Virus record (IMG/VR): IMGVR_UViG_3300021400_005359
Strand: one strand, 5' to 3'
Origin: an uncultured virus (IMG/VR IMGVR_UViG_3300021400_005359)
Lineage: Duplodnaviria; Heunggongvirae; Uroviricota; Caudoviricetes
DNA length: 64,000 bases
Part shown: piece by piece, positions 38,669-51,900 of the stretch
Layout of the letters: the number at the start of each line of letters is the position of its first letter
Numbering within the stretch: the stretch's first letter is position 1
Program-made: the position numbers and the translations under genes
Notes under the pieces: model-generated
The model's input: only the letters and a program-made list of their open reading frames with translations
Told to the model about the DNA's origin: nothing
Databases searched by the model: none

Positions 38669-38803
38669 AAGATTTAAACCTCCATAATTTTTTTGATTTT
38701 TTAAGCTAGCTTTTTTAAACTATAATTGAAAAAACTTATAATTTATAGCTTATCTTACATTATTTTAACTATAATTTTTTTATTACAAAATATAGTTTTA
38801 AAA

Positions 38804-39880
38804 TTACTCTTCAGCGACGTAAGTATAGTCCCCAATAGTATCTTGCATCTCAGAAATGGCTTGAAGTTCATCTTTTGACGCATAACCATTATTAAGAATC
38901 CATTCGTCAACAAGTGGTGCAACTCTTCCGTCAAGAGGTTCTCCCTTGCCACCTTCATTTCTAAAGATAGAAAGAGCTTGCTCAACCAAAGTAGTAACTT
39001 TTAAATTAGGATTATTTGAGATAAATGTTTCATAAACATCAAACATATCGTCATCATAACCATAATCAGTAGTATTATCATAAAGCATATAAGTATAAGC
39101 ACAATTCAAATATACCTTTAATGCTTTTCTAAGGTTTTGTAAAGCATTATACCTTAATTGATTGTTCTCAACATTATCAAGGAAATAAGAATACTGAATG
39201 ATTAAATCCTCAAGAATATCAAGTCTAATATAAGTTCTATCTTCAGAAACAGTATTATTAGATAAAATATCAAGCTTTACAAATTCTCTAAGTTCTTCGT
39301 TCATTAAATCATAATAAGTATCAAAGAACCATTGGAAATCCATATGAACTTCAACATAATCTCCATTGATTTCAATTATACAATGACTCATCTCAAGTTC
39401 TTCAATAACTGAAACTAAAGAAAGATTAGGAAGCGTTCTATAAACTTTAGGGTCATTAATATCAAGGTCTGGATTATTTTCCTTGAAATCCCAAATTAAA
39501 TAAGTATATCTGCTAGTATCAAATAAATCTTGATACATACCAGCAAGATTAGACCAGTTTCCATAATAAATAGTGTATAAAGAATCTTGACCTGCTTCAG
39601 AAAACTTTGGAGCACAAGTCTTAAACATTTCATCCATAACAGACATAGGGAGAAAAACGTAATCAATTCTGTTGTACATATAACTTAAAATATCAGATTC
39701 ATTTTCTTTAAAAATATCTGAATATTTAGTAGCTTCTAAATCATAAGTTTTCTTCATTTTTGTATAAAAAGGTTTATCTAATGATGTTTTGTACAAAACA
39801 AAAGAAACAATTGCAATTAAAGCAAAAATTATAGAAACTGAAATAAGTAAAATATTTGTCTTATTAAATTTATTTTCCAT
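38804..39880 (-). CDS. Membrane-anchored hypothetical protein
   Basis: 358-aa ORF with N-terminal TM and AAGGAG SD. Confidence 0.7.
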   Translation of the reverse strand: MENKFNKTNILLISVSIIFALIAIVSFVLYKTSLDKPFYTKMKKTYDLEATKYSDIFKENESDILSYMYNRIDYVFLPMSVMDEMFKTCAPKFSEAGQDSLYTIYYGNWSNLAGMYQDLFDTSRYTYLIWDFKENNPDLDINDPKVYRTLPNLSLVSVIEELEMSHCIIEINGDYVEVHMDFQWFFDTYYDLMNEELREFVKLDILSNNTVSEDRTYIRLDILEDLIIQYSYFLDNVENNQLRYNALQNLRKALKVYLNCAYTYMLYDNTTDYGYDDDMFDVYETFISNNPNLKVTTLVEQALSIFRNEGGKGEPLDGRVAPLVDEWILNNGYASKDELQAISEMQDTIGDYTYVAEE

Positions 39881-39892
39881 AAAAGCTCCTTT

Positions 39893-40129
39893 TTATAAAA
39901 CTAAAAGAACACTAACAGAAAGAGCAATTGTAAATACAATTCCTAAAATCCAAGGAATAATACCACCTTTTTCAGCTTTTGAAATTAAAAGTCCTAAGAA
40001 GAATCCCAAAGGACAAGTAACTCTCCAGAAATTGCCTTTACCAAACTTATAATCATCATTGTCAAGATTAATACCTCTGAAGAATCCTATAAGTTGAAGC
40101 ATTCCAAGTAATATAGCTAATTTTACCAT
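39893..40129 (-). CDS. Small multi-TM membrane protein
   Basis: 78-aa hydrophobic ORF with AAAGGA SD, in an operon with the next gene. Confidence 0.65.
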   Translation of the reverse strand: MVKLAILLGMLQLIGFFRGINLDNDDYKFGKGNFWRVTCPLGFFLGLLISKAEKGGIIPWILGIVFTIALSVSVLLVL

Positions 40130-40274
40130 AATTAAAAAATCCTTTCTTTATAAAATCTAAAATTCATTTATATTATATAAACAAAAGATTGAAAATTCAA
40201 TTAATATAAGTTTTAGAGCAATTTCTTCTAATAGATTGTTCTAGTACATTTTATTGATAGAAAGGAGATAAATT

Positions 40275-40673
40275 ATGGCAAAAAGAGAAAGAGAAGATTT
40301 TTGGCTTGATAGACCAATGACGAAAAGAGACAAAAAAATGATAGCAATATTAATAATAAGTATTTATTTTATACTTCTTATGACCATAAATACATTTAGA
40401 GCATACAACTTACATATGGCAAATTATCTAACTTACTATATAGAATTTGGAGCTCACGTTGTTGAAGATAAAATTCATAATGAGCATACAGAATTCGTTT
40501 TCATTCCTTTAAATATAGGTTTTTTTGATTTTGGAGTTGCAGATAAACTTTCAAATATAAAAAGTAAAACAGTTGAGAAATATAATTCTCAAGCTATTGG
40601 AGACGGAATCACAAAATCAATAGCAGGAAAAACGATGGATGAAACTGTTGAAATGATTTCTAAAGGATATTAA
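40275..40673 (+). CDS. Single-pass membrane protein
   Basis: AAAGGAG SD; TM MIAILIISIYFILLMTI; terminator at 40672-40701. Confidence 0.7.
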   Translation: MAKREREDFWLDRPMTKRDKKMIAILIISIYFILLMTINTFRAYNLHMANYLTYYIEFGAHVVEDKIHNEHTEFVFIPLNIGFFDFGVADKLSNIKSKTVEKYNSQAIGDGITKSIAGKTMDETVEMISKGY

Positions 40674-40724
40674 AAAAGAGAGGCTTTAAAGCCTCTCTTT
40701 TATTTGTTTGATTTTTAATATTTA

Positions 40725-41327
40725 TCAGCCAGTTACAAAGTTAACAATAGTATTAACAAGCATAGGAGCATAAAGAACAGCTGCATAAAGAATAGCTGAA
40801 GCAATCATACCTGTTAAACCTTTGCCTGCCATATTTCCCTTTGTAAGACTTCCGATAAGACAAATAGCACAAGATACAATGAAAATAACAATTGCGAAAG
40901 GTTGTGCAAAGATTTGAAGAATAGAAATAATTTCATTTCCTTTCTTTAAAATCCAAGAAACCATCTGGTCTGTACTAACAGTAGGAACTACTTCAGAGTA
41001 GTTAGAGTAAATCTGAACTGTCTTGTCTAAAGAATTAACCTTATTAGGGTCAGAAGCAGTAAGTCTATTTACTAACTCATAATCTTCTCCGAAGACTACA
41101 TAGTCTTGAACTCCAGTAGTTGTATTGTCAATAGCTGAAAGATTCTGTGTCCCAGATTGAGGAATAGTTTCAGCCTGAACTTCAATTGTTCCATCAAGTC
41201 CTGTGTTAACATCAGCTTGAACTTCCTGTGTATCTACAGGCCAACCAATATCAGATGCAAATACAGTTGTTGGGAAAATAAGCATTGCTGATACAAGTAA
41301 TGCAGATATCATCTTAGCGATTTTCAT
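40725..41327 (-). CDS. Secreted/membrane protein with C-terminal TrbC/VirB2-like two-helix hairpin
   Basis: Signal peptide ending VFA|S; about 100-aa polar region; then ISILQIFAQPFAIVIFIVSCAICLIG...GKGLTGMIASAILYAAVLYAPMLVN. Located near the T4SS genes. Confidence 0.5.
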   Translation of the reverse strand: MKIAKMISALLVSAMLIFPTTVFASDIGWPVDTQEVQADVNTGLDGTIEVQAETIPQSGTQNLSAIDNTTTGVQDYVVFGEDYELVNRLTASDPNKVNSLDKTVQIYSNYSEVVPTVSTDQMVSWILKKGNEIISILQIFAQPFAIVIFIVSCAICLIGSLTKGNMAGKGLTGMIASAILYAAVLYAPMLVNTIVNFVTG

Positions 41328-41452
41328 ATTAAATTACCTCCAATTTTTAAATAATAATATAAATATAGAAGATATTTTCTTCTTTATAATATTATAGTAT
41401 CAGCAATTAAAAATTATTAAATTTTTTTAAAATTAAGACATCGAAGAAAAAA

Positions 41453-42874
41453 TTAATCTCCGAGATTAAGTCCTTTAAATACATCAAAAGGATATAAATC
41501 AAGCTCAAAAATTCTTCCAGTTTTATCAAGCTGAATAAAATAATCTGTTCCACCAATTCCTACAACAAGCCAATAATCAAGAGAAGTACCCTTAATTACA
41601 ACTTCTTGACCTTCGTGAAGAATAGTGTCTGAAACATCTTTTGAATTCATTGAATTATATAAAACAATTTGTTCAGAAGAATAAACAATCTGTTCTTCTG
41701 TATTTTGATAATAAGTAGGTTTTACTTCATAAAGATTGTGATTTTTGTCAAGCTTATATTTCTTTTCAAGGCTCCAATTTTGAGTTGTATCTTTATCAAT
41801 ACAAGGAATAATAAGTTCTCCGTTTCCATCTCCTAAAGATATTTCATTTACAGTATCTTTAGTCTCAATTGAAAAACCTCTCCAAAATCCACTAAATACA
41901 AGCTTAATATTATTCCCATCATAGTAATAAATTTCATAATGTTTAGAATCTTCGCTATCTTCATCTGATTTAGATAAAAGAATTTCAGTGTAAGAGTCAT
42001 TTTTATCTATATCAATAAAGTTTATAACAGGAAGAGTTCCATAATCTTTTAAAGCATAAACAGCATCGTTTATTTTTAAAGCATATCCGCACTTATTGTA
42101 ATCATTATAATTAGAATAAATTTTTAAAGTTATAGAATCAACTTTTCCATCGCCATTTAAATCTTTTGAAGTTTCAACACTTGCTGCTTCATCTTCAGAA
42201 GAAAAAGTAGGAACATCAACAGTAGAATATCTAGAAAAATCTATCCCTTGTCCACTACAAGCAACAGATATAAATTCTGAAAGTTCTATTTTATAATGAT
42301 TAACATCTGTTGTAAGCTGTGCATAGTTAAACATCTTATCGAATTCAAAATACTTTATATCATCTTCTGTAGTAATCTTAGGATTCAAAGAAAGCTCATT
42401 TTTTAAAGTATTATCTTCAACTAAATAATGATTTTTAGTTTCTTTATTATATAAGAACCATTTTTTAGCATAGAAAAGGCAATTATCATAACTTGTAGAA
42501 AGTTCTTTATCGCTTCTAACAGGAAGGTCTTCTTTTCTAGCTATCAAAGCTTCTATAAGGTAATATTCATCAGTTAAATGAACATAACTCTTTCTCAAAA
42601 TCTCCATTGAACCAAGAGAAATTTTAACATCTTCTCCATCAATATTTACAGAAGCATCACCATAATTAATTTCTTCTTTTTTACTTTCAACAACTTCTGT
42701 TTCAGGAGCTTCAAAAATTGAAACATTAATATCTTCTGTATTAACTTCTATATTTGAAATAACTGAATCATCTTCTTTTAAATTCTTTGAGATTATAAAA
42801 ACAAGCAAAGAAGCAAAAGCTAAAATAACTACTAAGAATATAGCTATAATCAAATTCTTTTTATTTTTATTCAT
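41453..42874 (-). CDS. Membrane-anchored extracytoplasmic protein with DxxGDG Ca-binding-like loop and possible C-terminal SH3b-like domain
   Basis: N-terminal TM; KDLNGDGKVDSI and FIDIDKND..TEI; C-terminal LHEGQEVVIKG...WLVV. Confidence 0.6.
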   Translation of the reverse strand: MNKNKKNLIIAIFLVVILAFASLLVFIISKNLKEDDSVISNIEVNTEDINVSIFEAPETEVVESKKEEINYGDASVNIDGEDVKISLGSMEILRKSYVHLTDEYYLIEALIARKEDLPVRSDKELSTSYDNCLFYAKKWFLYNKETKNHYLVEDNTLKNELSLNPKITTEDDIKYFEFDKMFNYAQLTTDVNHYKIELSEFISVACSGQGIDFSRYSTVDVPTFSSEDEAASVETSKDLNGDGKVDSITLKIYSNYNDYNKCGYALKINDAVYALKDYGTLPVINFIDIDKNDSYTEILLSKSDEDSEDSKHYEIYYYDGNNIKLVFSGFWRGFSIETKDTVNEISLGDGNGELIIPCIDKDTTQNWSLEKKYKLDKNHNLYEVKPTYYQNTEEQIVYSSEQIVLYNSMNSKDVSDTILHEGQEVVIKGTSLDYWLVVGIGGTDYFIQLDKTGRIFELDLYPFDVFKGLNLGD

Positions 42875-42974
42875 AAAAAACTCCTTTATTTTAAAATTCT
42901 CTATATATTATACAGCAAAAATAATTAAAAACAAAAAAAGATGAGTAGGAGAAAACCTACCCATCTCTTTTTTA

Positions 42975-45900
42975 TTAGAAGTATGAAGCATCATCCTTAA
43001 TGGCTTTTTTATCTTTAAGCATTTCATCACTCATATCATATTCATCCATATCATATTCACTGTCTGACTTAGTATCGCCTCTTACTGAATTTATCTTAGC
43101 CTGAGCTTCAGCGACATCTTCAGCATCGAATTGACCTTTAGCCATTTCAGCTTCAAGTATTCCTGAATCTTCCATATACTCAACAAGGTATGGATTATTC
43201 TTAAGTGTTGTCTTAGTAAATATTGTAGGACAAAGAAGAGGACTTACAGCACTTAATGATGATTGATTGTAATCAAGGTCATCTCTAAAGAATCTATATA
43301 CACTAAATCCTGCAAGATATCCAGTGCTTCCATCTTTAATATTTACACAACTTCCACCACCTCTATATCCACCTGAGTGAATATATGCTCTTTGACTTCC
43401 GTTTACATTTGAATTAGCAAAGCTTAAAACTTCTGTACCTGAACGTCTGATGATTTGATTTCCAAGAATTCTTAGAGTTGAATCATCAAACAATCCACCG
43501 TAATTAGTTGTATAATCACCAATCCAAACAATTGTATGTCCACTAGAAACAAGTAAGTCTCCAGTCTTAAGTTGTCCTTGAGCAAGAAGTGCAGCAGCAT
43601 TTCCGACATACAAATCTCCAAAGTTCGCATTATATGTTGAACAAGTTGAAACAGTTAAGTTATAACCCATAGCAGCATACATTTGAGCTCCAAAGCTTGA
43701 ACAGTCAAATGCCCATTTGTTACCAGCAGCAAATGTTCCTTCACCATAGGAATTAGCTCCCCAAGGTGTTGCATAAGGACCACCACCAAGGTTTTCAGCG
43801 TGAGATGTTCTAGAATAAACAACCCCATTCCAAGCATCTTTTGCTCTACCTTGAGAATAATGAGCTCCAAGATAAGTCATTGCATTAAGTATAAGGGAAT
43901 CTCCCATCTCTCCAGTAAATTCATTGCTTCCTTTTTGAACTGAAGGCTCTTCTCTAAAGAAGTCTAAGTATGTATAAGAGTAATCAGCAGCTTCAGTGTT
44001 GTTGTTTCTGTAGTTAGCAGTCATCTTAATAAGATTATCAACATCGTCAGCATTTACATTTCCAGAAAGAAGTTCAACACCACTATTTTCATATTTAAGA
44101 TACTCTTCTTCCCAAATTTCTTCACTGTAATCTCTCTTATTGCCTGTAGACATAACACCTGAGAATAAATCTCCGTTTGCAAATTCTTCAGCATAGAAAG
44201 AAAGAATCTTTGTACAGTATCTAGGACATCCATAACCAAAGTTTTCACCCATAGGAATCTTAGTTCTATATTCAGCTTCAGAGACTGAAGCAGCTCTAGC
44301 AGCCGCAGAACCAGCCATTTGATGAGTTCTCTTATATCCTTGATACTCTAAACCATTTTCATAGTTATATAAGTATTGTAAATCTCCTTCAGGAGTTAAA
44401 GGATATTCATCTGAAAACTCTAATCTAGCATCTAATGTAACAGGAAGATTATGAGTCTTAATAGCAGTTAAAGGATGCATATCATAACTAGCATTTTGTA
44501 ATGTTCCAGCATAATTCATAACAATGTAATCGATTGAAGCCATAGGGTCAAAAGCTTGCGAATAATTAAATGTAATCGAAACCTTTTGACCATTTTTATC
44601 AGTAGCACTTGCTTTCAAATCTCCGTTAACTATTGAATGTTGAGCAAGTCCACGTCCAGGTCCTCCACCATATTGTTTGATATCAGGATTACCTCCAGAT
44701 TCAACCATTATAAGTGCCATAACAAGTGCAGGGTCAAGAGGTTTTTCAGGAGTACTGAAATTACTACAAACCTGAGTTATGTAATCAATCATTGTTGCAG
44801 AATATCTTCTACCATCAACAAGTGATGTACCTGAAATTTGTTTATTTGCAGCAGCTCTTGTAGCGTCAGCATTTGCTCCAATATCCCAAGCATCATCCAA
44901 CATAATACCTTCAAGTCCACTTGCAGAACCACCAGAATTCATTGAATAAGTAACAAGAAGTTTTCTATAATCCTGATTTGTTATATAAGAAAATGCTTCT
45001 TGAAGTCTATTAATTCCATATATTTCGTGCAAATCTCCACCTTGAACATCTCTCCAATTAATATTATCTCTATCAGCATCATTTAAAAGTTCAAAAGCAG
45101 CTTGGATATCTTCATCAGTAGGTCTATACCACAAACCGTGTTCAGCATTTCTCATTCTGTTTGTTGCATTATCTTCTGTAACGACTATCAAAGCTTTTAC
45201 AAACTTATCAGAATAGAATGATGCATAAACAGCTTTGAGAAGGTCTCCAAGAGATTTAGTTGATTTATAAAGTCTTACAGAAGCATACTGAATAGCATCT
45301 TCCATAACAAGTCTTCCATCAGTAATAGTATCAGCTTTAGCATCTTCAGCAAGACCAGGGTCTGAATGATAAATATCAAAAGCAATTTCATAAGGTTTCA
45401 TAGTTTCGCTAGAAGCAGGAGGGAATACCCAAGTACTCTTATCCTTATCTTCAGGTGGAATATCATCTTCAACCTTATAGTCTTTTGCTCTAGAAACTAA
45501 AGCAGAAAATCCAGAGGAATTTAAATTAACCATATCAGATGAATAACTTGATTTTAATGAAGCATCATCTGCAAGAACAGAATCAACAGCATCAAATACA
45601 TATTCTCCATTTGGAATATTTTCTTCAATATATTCCTTAATTATTCTATTTGCAGTTTCAACAGCAGCATTTAAAGTCTCAGCTGTCCAAGGAGAAGGAT
45701 TATAACCACCAGTTCCATCATCATTATTACCTTTAACAGGTGTTACTGGTAAGAAATAAAGTTTAGCGTTTGGAGCAGCTTTAGTAGCAGCTTTTATAAG
45801 TCTTCTAATATATACAGTATCAATTCCTGTATCAGGAGTTCCTGTAGACTCTAAATCTTTTGCTGAAAGTGAAATTATTATCTTTTCAGTATCTTCAGGA

Positions 45901-48900
45901 ATACTTCCAAGTTGTCCATATAAATCTTGAGCACTAGAACCAGTAATAATTCCACCAAGACCATTACAAGCAGTTGCTCCAGAATGGTCTGAAATCATAT
46001 AAGCTCCAGTTACAATATCTTCTGGACCGCTATGAGAAGTAGAAGAATCAAATTCTTCTGGAACATCAGTAGACATATCCTTATCTTTAAAGTTATCTAT
46101 AGCCATAATACCTACGATAGGAATCAAGTTTCCATCTTTAGTAGTTATCTGCAAATGACTAAAGAAATTAGGGTCGTCCGCTTTTCCTCTACTTGCTCCA
46201 ATAAGCTCTCTTGTCTTAGAAGAAATTTCTTCTGTTAAATCATTACTATAATCAGCTATTCCTTCATAATCCATAAGAGCTGCAGCATCTTCAGGTAAGT
46301 ATTTAAGTTTTGTTTCAGAAATTCCTTGAAGAAGTTGAGCAATTACTGAATTAGGAATATTAAATGCTTGACAAATATCATTCCAATAAGGTTTATTAGC
46401 TTCTGCTGTAAATAAATTAGTATAAGCAATTGTTTGTACAGGATACAAAGTATATTGTGTAAGAAGGTCAGCATATCCTGCAGTTCCTCTAATTTCAAGG
46501 TCTGAATCAGTTATTATATTGTAAGGAACATAAGATTCAAAGTTTTCAAAATAAGAATAAATATAATTTGAAAGTCTATCCATTTCTTCAGTATATCTTT
46601 CAATCTTTTCAACTGGACTACTTTCTGTTATAGTCATCTTATTTTTCCAAGAGTCATAAGTTAAACCTTCAAAATATTTAACTTGTTCTTCAGGGATAAT
46701 CTTCTTTTTAGTTCCACCATAATACCTATATAAAGGATAAAGAGTTGGTTCATCCCTTCTATCAGTAAGTCTAGGAACAAGTACGAAACCAGTTATTGCA
46801 AAATCTTCAGTCTCTCTAGGATGTTCAACATGTCCATCGTCAAAAGCATAATGAGCAGAATTCACAATGTTTCTAACAGTTTCTCCATAAGTTTGATTTA
46901 AAAATGCTACAAATTTATCAGCTTTGTCAGATGTTCCAGTTGAAGAATTTGTATCTCCATAAAGAACTTCTATAGGATTGATTGCAGCAACCTTATTATC
47001 AATATAAACATCATTAAATTTATCTTGGAATACTTCTTCTTCTCTAGAAGTATCTTCATCAGGAGTAAAGGATTTAGATTCTTGGCTTTCCCATAGCTTA
47101 AATCCCATAGGTGCATCCTTAGGCTTTATGTTAATTAATGCATCTCTTATTCCTGTATCAGCTATTGAATTTTGAATAAATCTAAAGAAAAATCCAGTTT
47201 GAGAATTAGCTGTTCCATCAACTCTATGTAAATGAACCCCATTTTTATAATTTCCAGAACTATCTACGGCAGAATCTGTTGAAATATTAATATTCCCTTC
47301 AATTGCTGCTCCGTTGTTCTTTAAATAAGCTCCATAAAGAAGTTCTTTCATAGAATCTTTACCATATCCAATTTCTTTTTCGTTAAGATTTTGGAAATTA
47401 TCAAAAATCTTAACTTGAGGTCTCCACAAATTTTCTAGTGAAGTCTTATAATCTCCAGCCCCATTATAATTGGAAATAGTTATTTCGTTATCATAAATAC
47501 CTTTACCTTTAATATCCTCTAATATCTGTTCAGCTCTTACATTAACTAATGAACCATAATAAGTACTAGAAACCATAGAATTGCTAATTTTCCAATCTTT
47601 AACAAAAGTAAAATCATCAATATGTTCTATATCCGCTTTAACATTATTATCTTGATTAAAATCAAGATTTAAAGAGCTAACATAACTATAATATCTACCG
47701 TCCTTAACTTTGTTTGCAATTTCATCTGAACATTTCAAAGAATAAGTATATATGTTTGCATAACATTTAGCTTTTCCTGAACCATCATCTGGAGTTATCC
47801 AATTACCTCCTTCATATACTTCAAAGTCGAAATCAAATCCTCCAAAAATAGATTCTCCTTCTTCTTTATATCCCATAAGTTTAATATATCTATTAAATAA
47901 AGAAGGAAGTATTTTATTTGTCATTTCAGTTTTATAAGTTGATAAATCTAAACCTGAATCAACTCCATCGCTAGAAATATGGATTCCGACATAATCCATA
48001 TCTACTTTAGCACATAGAGAAAATTCTTGAGAAGTAATTCTAAAACCAGTACAAAGTTGTAATAAAGCATCTGCTATACTTGCTGCCAAATTATTTATAG
48101 CTTCTTTTGCCATATCTAATAAACTAGGACTAGGAGCTTCATAAGGCCAATCATAATTTGCAAATCCATAGGAATGTGCTTCAGCCATAGCAGATAACCA
48201 ACCCATTGCATGAGCTTTATAAAAAGTTACTGCACATTCAGCAGCTTGGTCTTCACTTATAGGTACTTGATTTCCATTACCATCATCAACTGTAAATGTT
48301 TGACATTGTCCTAATAAATCTTCGTAAGGATGTCCTTCTGAAAATTCTCTATAAACACCCATAGCTCCAGTTCCTTCGTATTTCAAACAAGGAGCAAGAT
48401 AAGGGACAGATAAAATATCATATATAGCAGAATTTACTTCGTCACTATCATAAGCATTAGCTAAACGATTCCAAGCTTCTTTAATTTGGTTAGCCTCGTC
48501 ATCACTCATTGGAGTATTTATTACTGTTCCATTGGAATCTGTATGCTCAGTATTAGCATTAGCTATAAAAGATTCTGCACTATATCCACCCATACTAGCT
48601 ATAGCATCATTAGCCATACCATTTACAATTGCTTCATCCATTTGATATTCAATCTTATTGCTTAATAAATCAAAAGTTTCATTATAAGTATCATCAGAAA
48701 AATCACTATGAACACCATCAAAAGTATGTTTAAATGCATCTGGTAAATTAGTATCCATAAATACAAATCCAGAGAAAATCATATTTGTATATGATTCAAT
48801 TTCTTTTCTTATTTGAGAATCAGATTCCCAATGATTACTATCATCTCCATTATATGATTTCAATTCATCAACCATACTAGCTGGAACTGCATATAAGAAA

Positions 48901-51900
48901 GCATTATCATAAAATTGGTCATACCAAGAATTGTTAGCAAAGTCAGATTTCAATTGATTTACAAACTTTGCAAGAGCGGTTTTAACTGCATTTATAACAT
49001 CTAAAACAAAGTTTCCGCTACTTTCCTGACCAGAGACAATATTTTCATTATGAGTTTTAATATAACTTGAAACAGTAGCTCCATCAACAGTAGGTTGGAC
49101 ATTCATCCACATAAACGATACATCTATAATCTGTTCTGTTAAAAGTTTTATATCCCAACTATCAAGGAATACATATCTATCCATAGCATAAGCACTTAAA
49201 ATTCCTTTAGTTGAGTCTGGGTCTAAAGAATCTCCTGTAGGAAGAAGAGTATCTTTATAGGTATACATAAATCTTCCAGTAAATGTAGCAACTTCATCTA
49301 TTACAAATACTTTTTCGACATCAGAATCAGTAATAAAATCAAATCTATTTATACCACTTCTAAAGTTTTTAGAACTATAAGTATCTAAAATGTATTCATA
49401 ATATTGTTTTTCACTTAAATCATAACCATTAGCATCAGTGTATTTAATTTCATTACCATGTTTATCAAATCTCTGAGCATTAATACCAAACCACCATGAA
49501 GGTTGAGTAGTTTCTATTCTGCCATCACCTGTATAGTATCCAGTTATCTGAGTTGCAGAATCCCCAGAACCTTGAGACATAGAAACTGTTGACATTGCAT
49601 TCCCAAAAGTATAGTTATCAGTTTTATTATTTGTTTTAGAATATGTTTGCCAAGGACTTCTTCCATAATAACCAGTAACAGCATTTCCATCATCTTTTCC
49701 AGCATTATATTCATATTGGCTTTCATAAGGATTTATAGTATTTGGCCAATCACCACTTCCATAAGGATTTGCAAGATTAGCTTGAGTAAATTCTTTTTCA
49801 GGTCCAACAGAATATCCAGTTGTTACAGTTGACAAACCTCTTAAAATAGCATCAATATTGCTTGAAGGTAAGCTAACATCTGCAGTTTTAAGATATGAAA
49901 CTTCTTTCTTTTTAATTCCATCTGGAACTAAAACATTTTTTCTAAGAATTAATGTTCTAATTCTTTCAAGAAGACTCATCTCATAAACTTTTTCAAGAGG
50001 CCAATCAGAGCCATTAGTATTATCAAGAGAAAGTGTTTTAACCCAGTTTCTGTAATATCTCTTAGGAATTAAAAGCTGAATAATTCTGTTTGGCTCATCA
50101 GTAATTCCCTCTTTTTCATAAGGAAGTTTAATTTCAGGCATATAATAATAGAATTTTGAGTCATCATTTGTAATTCTATAAATTTGATTTGCTTCAAAGT
50201 CATAGTCATCAGCACCAATTGGATTGCCTTCTTTGTTTAATAATCTAAAGGTTGCTGTTCCCCCAACTAATGCATCATTCATAACATCAACATTAAAACC
50301 TATATTATCAACAGCAGTATCTTTATCTAAATTGTAAAAATCATCTGTTAATAAATTAAAAGTTTTATCTGCAATTTTTAGTTCACCATGTTTTTCTTCA
50401 TCCCAAAGAACTTGGTCATATTCATTTGTTACTTCAAAAATTTTGGCATCTATAGAATCAACCAAATCTGTAAATAAATGTTTCTTATTGTTTTGTTCAA
50501 AAAGTTCAACTATGTAATCAGAAGCATCTTCTCTCATTTCTTTTGGATAATATCCGTTTCCAATGATGGAAACAGCTTTCGCATAATCTGCATTATCTCC
50601 AGATATAGCTTTACCAGCCATTTCACCTTTTAAAGAAACAGATGATGATGTTTTATTAAACCAGTCATCATGACCTTCAGAGAAGGAATATGTAGAATAT
50701 ACATCTGCATATGCAGAATATAAACCTTCACCTATTTCTTTTCTTAAATAAACTTCATCATACCAAGCTCCTGAATAAAATTCAACCGTAATACTATCTA
50801 CGTAATTAAGTATTGATGCAAGTCCGTAATCTCTTACAGACCTAACTTCCAATGGAAGTTCATTCTTTCTATCAACACCATTAGAATTATATACACCAGA
50901 ATGATTAGCCTGAGGAGATGATGTAATATAGTATTCATATTGATAATGATTGTGTTCCTCAGCATTATAAGGGAAAGTAAGAGTATGTTCACCCCAATTT
51001 TCTCCTATAGCAGTATATTCAGTATCATTCCACCAAGCAGAAACTTTTTCCTTAAATTCAGTCCAAGCACCTTTAATAGCTTCAGCTTCATTTGTAAAAG
51101 TAAATGAAGTTTCAGTATCTTCATCTGGTAAAGAACCAGGACTTGTAAGATAAGAATAAGTAATTGCTTCTTCATATAAAGAATCATTTAAATAGAAAGT
51201 ACTAATCAAAGAACCTTCTCCAGCTCTATTCTTTCCAGTAATATCCATACCTATAACATATTGAGTTTCTGATGCAGTAGTAGGATTATAGCTAGGAATA
51301 TAAGAATACATAGAACTTCCAGAACTATCGTCTCCAGATTCTCCTTCTTCAGCACTCTTTCTAATAGTTCCAAGATTTAAATATGCTGTATGCATTTTTC
51401 CTGTTATCTTCTCAAGGATATCTGCAAGGTCTTCTTGATTAACTTCTTTTCCCATAATTTGTAAATAACCATGTTTGATATTCTTACCTATTGCAGAAAT
51501 AGTATTTACAAAAGATAAAGGATTAAACAAATTATCTAAAGCGAATCCATTTACTTCATCCCAAAATACTTCATGTCTTGATTTTCCAGTTACATAAGGA
51601 GAAATAAGTCCACCTTTAGTTTCTATTCCATTAATTAATTGATTTTCTAAACTACTAACATCTATTTCTTTTGTATACCAAGGACGGTCAGTATTATATT
51701 CATCAGTTATATTGTCAAGTATTGCCGATTCAAGGAATGATTTATTATGCTTTAATTCTTCATAAAGATAAAAATATTTTTGAAAATATTCATATCCATC
51801 CATTTTGTCATTATCTGTTTTAAAATAATTATTAACAGAATAATTCCAAACCCATACATCATTTTCTTGTTGGTCTCTAACAAGTTCTCTCTCATATCCA

